DNA of 64,000 bases, from assembly GCF_009914755.1 (NCBI RefSeq), contig NC_060937.1; one strand, 5' to 3'. The notes under the pieces are model-generated. The model searched no databases and was not told the DNA's origin. It worked only from the letters and a program-made list of their open reading frames with translations. The position numbers and the translations under genes were made by a program. Each line of letters starts with the position of its first letter. Position 1 is the first letter of the stretch. Of the stretch, positions 56,090-64,000 are shown one piece after another. The DNA is from the human T2T-CHM13v2.0 reference genome, Homo sapiens.

Positions 56090-57135
56090 AAATAAATTCC
56101 ACAGATTTCCTGGAAAAATATGCAGAAGAGTCAACAATAAACACGCAAGAATACAAGGCAATATAAGAGAAATTTTTTTTGAAAAAAATAGAACAAAGAC
56201 TTTATATGTTAAAATTATTAGGCAGATTGTAAATCAACTATACTTCTATATTTTAAAGAGCGCTAGGCTTTAAGGGTTTAAAGAAACTTCAAGGAAACAG
56301 AAAGCTGTATAAAGCAATGTAACAGATTTGAAAAGGAGCCAAATGGAACTTTTAGAAATAAAAAGACTAAAGATGCAAAATGCCGAAGAGAATAAACAGA
56401 AAGAGTAGTAAGCACATGGGGGAATCTGAACAATAACTGACTATAAAACTGCAAAAATCATCATATCCCAAATTGTTTTAGAAGAGATAGAAACTATGAC
56501 AGCCAAAATAACATATAAACCGGGGGGATGCATGGAGGTATATTGTTTTAAGGTTCTTGTTGTTATCTAGTTGGAGATTAAAAGTATTAATTAATTTTAG
56601 ATTTTGACAAGTCAGTATATTGCTAAGGTTAACAAGTAATAGGAAAGGAAATAACTTCCAAATTAAGAAAGAGAAAGCACAAAAGGATACAAATTAATCA
56701 AAAAAGTTAAGAATAGAGAGAAAGCATAAAAAATAGGAAGTTGATACAAAAATACAAGACATAATAATATATTTAAACATTTTATTAAATGCAATATGGC
56801 AATTACATTAAATATAAAGGAACAGAGTACTATAATGCAAATATTTCCAGACTAGACTTTTAAAAATTTAGTTATATACTGTTATAGAAGACATATCTAA
56901 AATATGTATAAAAGATACACCACATAAATACCAACTACAGTTTTATAGACTATCAATAGTCCTTATATGAGTAGACTATCACATATACATTGATTTGCTG
57001 CTGCAATGACAATATACATTGATATAAGCTACATTGATATTAGAAAATTAGACTTCAGAGGGAAAGACATTCCTTGAGATGAAGAACAGAACTGTATGCC
57101 CACTTGCTGAAAGATAACATCATTTATACTGCATG
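56090..57135 (+). mobile_element. Very old L1M(E) ORF1/ORF2-start fragments
   Basis: A-rich; aaatggaacttttagaaataaaa, aaaagatacaccacataaatacca, aaaattagacttcagagg. Confidence 0.5.
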
Positions 57136-57159
57136 TCACATTCCCTCAGAATACACATA

Positions 57160-57395
57160 TAAAATCTCTCTTCTACAATGATGAAATTCACAAAGCTCTG
57201 AAAATTGAAAGACTTGCAAATTTGCTGCCAAAACCCGAGCTGAAATTATGTAATGTCATTTATAGTCTTTATTTATTTCATTTCATATGAATAGTGGTGG
57301 CTTTGCTGTAGAATATTAATGTGTTTCAACACAGGATGCTGCTCTGACCCTGCTCCACAAGTTACATAATTTGTGGTACATGCTCTGTATTTCAA
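57160..57395 (+). mobile_element. MER46C-like Tigger MITE
   Basis: aaagctctgaaaattgaaag...gccaaaacccgagctgaa...atttatagtctttatttat...gaatattaatgtgttt...tgctgctctgaccc. Confidence 0.7.
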
Positions 57396-57509
57396 AATTG
57401 TTTTTTCCCTTTTATTCACAATCATGATTATAGTGGCAGATTTTTAACTAATCTATTTGGGTAATTGATAGAGTCTTCAAAGAAAAATTACCATTAACGG
57501 GTTTGGCCA

Positions 57510-57543
57510 AGAGAGAAAGAAGAGAGAGACAGAGGGGGGAAAG

Positions 57544-57589
<46 letters not shown>

Positions 57590-57595
57590 AAGAGA
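57510..57595. repeat. (GA)n microsatellite / polypurine tract
   Basis: Visible. Confidence 0.92.
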
Positions 57596-57851
57596 ACCAC
57601 TGAAAGAAGAAACAAAGATAAACCCATGATCATAATGATGGCAAAAGATTTTTAACCTGTCCCCCTGAGTAATTGACAGAAACTTTAGAGAAAAACTGTG
57701 ATTCACAAACTTGGTTGAGTATGTATAAATGGCATGTAAATGATATGGTGCGCAACTACTACAGAAAAAAATATTCTTTTAAATGAACATGGAACATTTT
57801 TTCAAAACTGAATATATAAATCGAGCTTCCACAAATTTTATAAGGCTGAAA

Positions 57852-57959
57852 TCGTCATTTAATGGGTACAGCACACCAACATGGCACATGTATACATATG
57901 TAGCAAACCTGCATGTTGTGCACATGTACCCTAAAACTTAAAGTATAATTAAAAAAAAA
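57852..57959 (+). mobile_element. Very short (~100 bp) L1PA 3'-end insertion
   Basis: taatgggtacagcacaccaacatggcacatg...ccctaaaacttaaagtataat plus A tail; imperfect TSD aaggctgaaatc / aagattgaaatc. Confidence 0.92.
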
Positions 57960-58269
57960 GATTGAAATCATACCGAACATGTTTCAAAATGGAAATATAG
58001 GTTACAAAATGGCAAGAGAAAAAACTAATCATTAAAAAAGTAGGGATGGTGGCCCCTTCAGAGGGTAGATGGGATCCATGTTGAGAAAGGAACAGGGGAA
58101 CTTTTGATGTACTGGTAGGAGAAAAGATAAAGCATGTCCTGCATCTCAGGATTTTCATATTAAAAAAGCCATAAAAGAAGCATTGGTGATATCATCAATG
58201 GTTAACAAAGGGTCAGTTGTTTGCTTGAATCAACGCTGTAATATTTTATGGTATACAACAATCACTTAG

Positions 58270-58672
<403 letters not shown>

Positions 58673-59521
58673 ACAAGTCATTTCTTTAAGGAGCTTACAC
58701 CTTATGAAGGAAAACACATCAGAAGATAATCTGAGCATGGAAAGCAAACATAAAAGCTGTTAAATATATAAAGCAGCCCCTACTGTTACTGGGAATAACA
58801 AGACAGAACTGATCATATGAACTAAACTAATGGAGACAAAATAGTTTAAGGAGAGCCAGAAGTCACACTGGACACTAAGAACAGGAGAATTTTTGCAGAC
58901 AGAAAGGAAATGACAAAGGTAACATTGTGGGCAAAAATAACTTCTGAGCAAATGCAGGAAGTAGAAACCTAGAAGTCTTCTATGTGAAGAAATTCATGTT
59001 GGAAATAGTGGAGAAAGAAAATAAATAAATTGTTGAGTTGGTTTTTATGTGGGTTATGTATTTTTAAAAGGCTGGAAAACAATCTAGATTGATTTAGATG
59101 TTATACTATCTATCAAGAAAAGACTGGGTTTTTTTTTCAGCTATATAATTCTATATATATTGAGAGAAAAGTAAAAACAAACAAACAAACTACAACTAAT
59201 AATTTTAACTCTTCTGATTTTTTGCTGCATAGGAAGAAGTGATATTAACTGAGACTTTTGCAGAGTTTTAGTTGTTTCTAGAACCAGGTAACAAATTAGA
59301 GAGGGTTAAGTATGTCTTCCAAAAGTTACCCATTGCATCATCATATCATTAGGTATGTCATTTTGCTAGTAACATTTTTTATTGTTAGTATTTATTAGGA
59401 AGTTCAAACAAAAGGAAAATTAAAATCTCAGGTTTGAAGATTAATTCCTGACCAAAAAACAAAAATAGAGAGAGTAGAGAGGGAAAGGGAGAAAGAGAGT
59501 GAGAGAGAAGGCAAGGGGAGA

Positions 59522-59739
59522 AATAATTAACTTCCTCTAAATTTATTTCTGCAATAATATTACTTGCAATAATAATATTTCTGCAATAATTAACTTCCTC
59601 TAAATTTATTTCTGCAATAATATTACTTGCAATAATAATATTTCTGCAATAATTAACTTCCTCTAAATTTATTTCTGCAATAATATTACTTGCAATAATA
59701 ATATTTCTGCAATAATTAACTTCCTCTAAATTTATTTCT
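59522..59739. repeat. 63-bp minisatellite, ~3.5 identical copies
   Basis: Unit aataattaacttcctctaaatttatttctgcaataatattacttgcaataataatatttctgc starts at 59522, 59585, 59648 and 59711 (partial). Confidence 0.97.
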
Positions 59740-59919
59740 TTAGGTGTTTACCAACACCTAAGGAAATACCTTTTATAGGGGAGTTTCACAAAACCTCAGA
59801 GAACCTGAAGTCAGATCCTCCAGTCAAGCCTTTCTACAGTCCCTGTATAGCTGTGTATTCTTTTAATTTATCTGAGGCACATTTTTCCTCAAGACATTCT
59901 CACATGTCTGTGTGAGCAG

Positions 59920-60095
59920 AGAGCCTGTGTTCAAGTCCTACCTACCTGTACTGTTTGTTAGCTGTATGATCTAGAACATGTTTTCTCATTGGCAAAATGG
60001 AAAAAAAATAATACCACCTACTTCCTTAGAGTTGTTAAGAGGACTAGACTCTGGCCTGGTGTATAGTAAGTGCTGTCTATGTTTCCAGCCATTAC
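59920..60095 (+). mobile_element. MIR
   Basis: ctgtgttcaagtcct...tagctgtatgatc...ctcattggcaaaatgg...gcctggtgtatagtaagtgct. Confidence 0.7.
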
Positions 60096-60098
60096 TAC

Positions 60099-60402
<304 letters not shown>

Positions 60403-60522
60403 TCAGCCATCACTATTAAAGAAGATTATGGGTAACACCTAACATAAAATTGTGAGTAAATAAGATATAACATATACCAACTCTATGAAAGCAAGATTCA
60501 TTCATTTTATTTATTATTTTTT

Positions 60523-60905
60523 AATTAAAATACTTGAAGAGTTTTGTTTTGAGCCAAATCTGAGGACCGTGGTCTGTGACACAGGCCTCAGGAGGCTTAG
60601 GAGGTTCTGAGAACCAAAGGTAGTTGGTCTGTAGCTTTGTTTTATACATTTTAAGGGAGCAAAAGTTACAGGCGAAGACAGAAATGCTGTGGTTAAGATA
60701 AAAGGGGGTTGTGGAAGCCAAAGTTCAGAGAGAATAGATGGTAAATGTCACTTATTGGACCTTAAAAGGTGTCAGACTCTCAGGAAAAGACCTGGTAAGG
60801 GAAGGAGATTCCCTACAGAATGCAGATTTTCCCCATAAGAGACAACTTTGCAGGGGCATTTCAAAATATATCAAAGAAATAGATTTTGGGGGTAAAATAT
60901 TTGGC
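60523..60905 (-). mobile_element. MER4-family ERV1 LTR
   Basis: gagccaaat...gacacaggcctcaggagg...gaaaagacctggtaagggaaggagattc...caaagaaatagattttgggggtaaaata. Confidence 0.8.
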
Positions 60906-60909
60906 TGCT

Positions 60910-61145
60910 CATGTTTTATTTCTAGTTCACCACTTGTAGCCAAGCTGGCCTGGCAGGGGCTGGGACCAACTCAGCTGCACACGTGGTCCCTCAGGTGGAG
61001 GAGGTCCTGTCACCCCGCGATGCTGGAGTCATTGCAGGAAACTCCGGATTTTATCGTGGTAAACGGAGCCCCAAGAGATGCTCAGCAGCTGTACACATTG
61101 CATTGCTCACATCTCATTAGCCAAAGCAAGTCATGTTGTTATCCC
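60910..61145 (-). mobile_element. Old MLT1 (J/K/L-like) LTR fragment
   Basis: tgctcacatctcattagccaaagcaagtcatg motif typical of antisense old MLT1. Confidence 0.45.
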
Positions 61146-61566
61146 TCATTTTAAACAGTGTTCTAAGTATGGATAGTTGGAGTAGTGCGAGGAAAATGAA
61201 GATAATGTGTGATAACTGGGAATGCTATCCATAATTACCACAGAGGCTAAAGCCAGATATACTCAGGCTCTCACAGTTTATTTTGTTAACTTAATCATAA
61301 TGAAATGTAAGTCATCGCTTCTTTAGACAACTTTTTCTAAACTGCAATCAACTGCTTGGTAAACATATTGGGAAATATGCTGGTACCTTTGTGACTTTGA
61401 GATAGCTGATGGTCCCCAGTGCTTCACAGGTACCATATGATCACCTAATACCCTCTCAGTATTATGTTCCAATGAGAGATTCGTTAAGGCTCAGATAAGA
61501 ACTAGTTAATGGTTCCATGGATTAATTGAGATTTTGGAGTCAGATTTCATGAACTCAAAATTCAGA

Positions 61567-61840
61567 TTTTTTTTTTGAGACCCCAGACTGGAGTGCAGTG
61601 GTGTCATCTCGTCTCACTGCAGCCTCGACCTCCTAAGCTCCAGTGATCCTCTCACCTCAGCCTCCCAAGTAGCTGGGACTACAGGCGCATGCCACCACAC
61701 CCAGCTAAGTTTTTGTATTTTTAGTAGAGATGGGGTTTTCTTGTGTTGCCCAGGCTGGTCTCAAACTCCTGAGCTCAAGCAATCCACCCGCCTTGGCCTC
61801 CCAAAGTTCTGGGATTACAAGTGTGAACCACCCTACCGGG
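61567..61840 (-). mobile_element. AluJ with small deletion near the tail
   Basis: cactgcagcctcgacctcct, gatcctctcacctcagcc, ctcctgagctcaagcaatcc (AluJ diagnostics). Confidence 0.9.
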
Positions 61841-63169
61841 CATCAGATGTGCAACGTAATAATTGTGATTCTAGGTATTTACTCCCTACTCCAGGGAGGT
61901 ATTTCCATATTGGACATAGTACATACCTAAAACACAGGATGTTAGGAGGATAAAGCGAGATGGCTTTTGAAAGTGCTTAGTAAATTGTCCTTATGGAGAA
62001 ACAATAAATGTTCCTTATTACTACCGCCACTTTGAGGCCTGTGGAAAATAGGACTTTTTTAAATAGAAGATTTATTTTTCATATAAGAAATAGAAATTGG
62101 TATGTCAAATACCACTCTGGCTTTAAGGATTCTGCAAGTTTTTAAAGACAGTCATTTCAGCAATGATACAGTGTAGTCATTCAGCCCAAAGAAAGACACA
62201 AGGAGAGGAAAGTGAAATTAGATTTGAGGGGGGGGCCGTTATTACATGTGTATGTGTATCACATGTATCTATGGTCATGTGTGTATATATATATATATAT
62301 GTTTCTGTATTATATGAATATTGGCATGAAGAATATATTCATCCTTTTTTTATATAATCAAAATAACAGGTGCTATACAAATTAGTGGCATATGTTAGTC
62401 TATCAAGAAATAGAAGTAGTTTTTCAGGATAAGCATTATAACATACTTTTTAGTTAATAAGTTGGTGACAAAAAATTGTATGTTCTCACTTATGTTGTTT
62501 AACAATTACTTAATAAAATTCTTCTTGTGAACAACATGAGACTCGGCAAAGGTAAGGTAATAGGAGAGAGTGAAAAAAAACATAAACAGATAATCTACTC
62601 AGGATCAAATATAATTTTGAAGGCCACTTCATGTAGATTAAAATCCATGAAAACTCATTTCATGCTTCTATAAAATTGCTTTCAATTATCTTCAAGGATT
62701 AGTAAACACTGAGAAAAGTGAATAGAGCAGCCCAGTGTAACAAAGATTTAACAGGATGACTAAAATTAGCTTTTAAAATGAATACTGCATTTTTGAATTA
62801 AGAATTTGGACAAAGTCCTACTGAGGCTTATCTGGGGTTGGCTTTGGGCCTGCAAAAGTACTTATTATGGTCAACCTCTGCTACTGAAACATTTATTAGG
62901 GCTGGATGGAGTTGGACTTGGTCAACGAGAGCGATGCTTTTAATTGCATTCATTCTTGATACTTATGTTTTTCACAGTGTTTTAATTCAAAATAGTCCAT
63001 TTTACTGCAGGACAGATTTTTCTATCCCATTTACCATGTATAATTTTTTAAATAACATTTTTATTGAGGATGTGTAGAGCTAGATTAAGCTTTAGAAAAT
63101 AAATGATTATCTACCAGTGGTCAGATCAATACATAAAATAGACATTAGTTGCACACAAGAAGCCCTCCT

Positions 63170-64000
63170 CATGCTCCATTCCTCTATCTACTCCTGAAAA
63201 TAACCACTATCATGGTTTATAACACCATGTATTAATTTACCTGTCTTATAACTTGGTAGAATAGAATAGTATATTTAGGCTCTTTTGTTTCAACATTATA
63301 TTTTTATATCCAGACATGTTTTGGCATGTAGCAATACTTTATTCATACTCATTAACTGTATAGTATTTATTCCATCAATAAATCGCAATTTATCTATCTG
63401 ATAGTCTATTGATGGGCGTTGGGATTTCAAGTCTAGGCTATTATGGATAGTGCCACTATGAATTTTTAAATATCTTTTGATGAACACGTGTATGCCTTTC
63501 AGTTATTCGTAGTCTAAAACATATCCTAGAACTTGAATTCCTGAATATATATATATACATACACTCAGACTTAATAGATACCGCCAAACAATTTTGCAAA
63601 GAAGCTATTACAATTTACACTCCCACCAACAGAGTGAGTTCCTATTATTTAAATTCTTGCCAGCACTTGTCACTTTGTCTTTTTTTATTTTAACCATGCA
63701 AGTCCTTCAGTTTTGTTTTCCTCCCTCAAAACTGCCTTGGTTATCCTTAGCCTTTGCATTTCCGTGTAAATTTTATGATTAAGTTTGCAAATTTTCACAA
63801 AATCTGCTGTGATATAGATTGGAATTGCACTGAATCTATGTATTAATATAGAGAGAATACACATATTTACAATAGTGAGCATTCCTATTCACAAACATGG
63901 TGTACCCTTCCAGATACATTGAGGTCATTTAGAAGTGCTCTTAATAATGTTTTCTCATTTCATTATAGAGGTCCTCCACATCTTTTGCTTTATTCTTGCT
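63170..64000 (-). mobile_element. Old L1ME/L1M fragments (3' UTR and ORF2), running off the window end
   Basis: caatttacactcccaccaacag...ttgccagcacttg; gattggaattgcactgaatcta; minus-strand ORF HRFSAIPIYITADF is ORF2-like. Confidence 0.7.

Noticed and set aside
59522-59739. Possible CRISPR-like array
   Set aside because: Units are contiguous and identical, with no unique spacers or cas genes; it is a eukaryotic minisatellite
60738-61154. 138-aa ORF, the longest non-L1 ORF
   Set aside because: Runs across a MER4 LTR and an MLT1-like fragment; TE-derived chance ORF with no recognisable protein features

Overview
This is AT-rich, CpG-depleted primate (most likely human) nuclear DNA, either intergenic or deep-intronic. 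I recognise no cellular protein-coding exon, CpG island, tRNA/rRNA/snRNA gene or CRISPR array. Much of the window is transposon-derived: seven near-full-length Alus plus one fragment, young L1PA 3' fragments (one still has a 372-codon RT-domain ORF), older L1MA/L1MC/L1ME copies, L2, MIR, CR1/L3, MaLR and ERV1 LTRs, and DNA-transposon MITEs. Nearly all long ORFs in the track are L1 ORF2 remnants, their antisense shadows or Alu read-throughs. The most notable items not explained by repeats are: (i) a perfect 35-bp inverted repeat with a nested hairpin at 31768-31878; (ii) a perfect 63-bp x3.5 tandem repeat between a polypurine tract and a hairpin at 59466-59768; (iii) a palindrome-rich AT expansion inside an L2; (iv) a TSD-bounded L1MA2 whose ORF1 piece is joined to the ORF2 3' end through an unexplained filler; (v) several candidate cryptic exons and repeat-poor enhancer-like blocks. 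I found no convincing new multi-gene system. Subfamily names come from memory of consensus sequences, and boundaries of old repeats are approximate.
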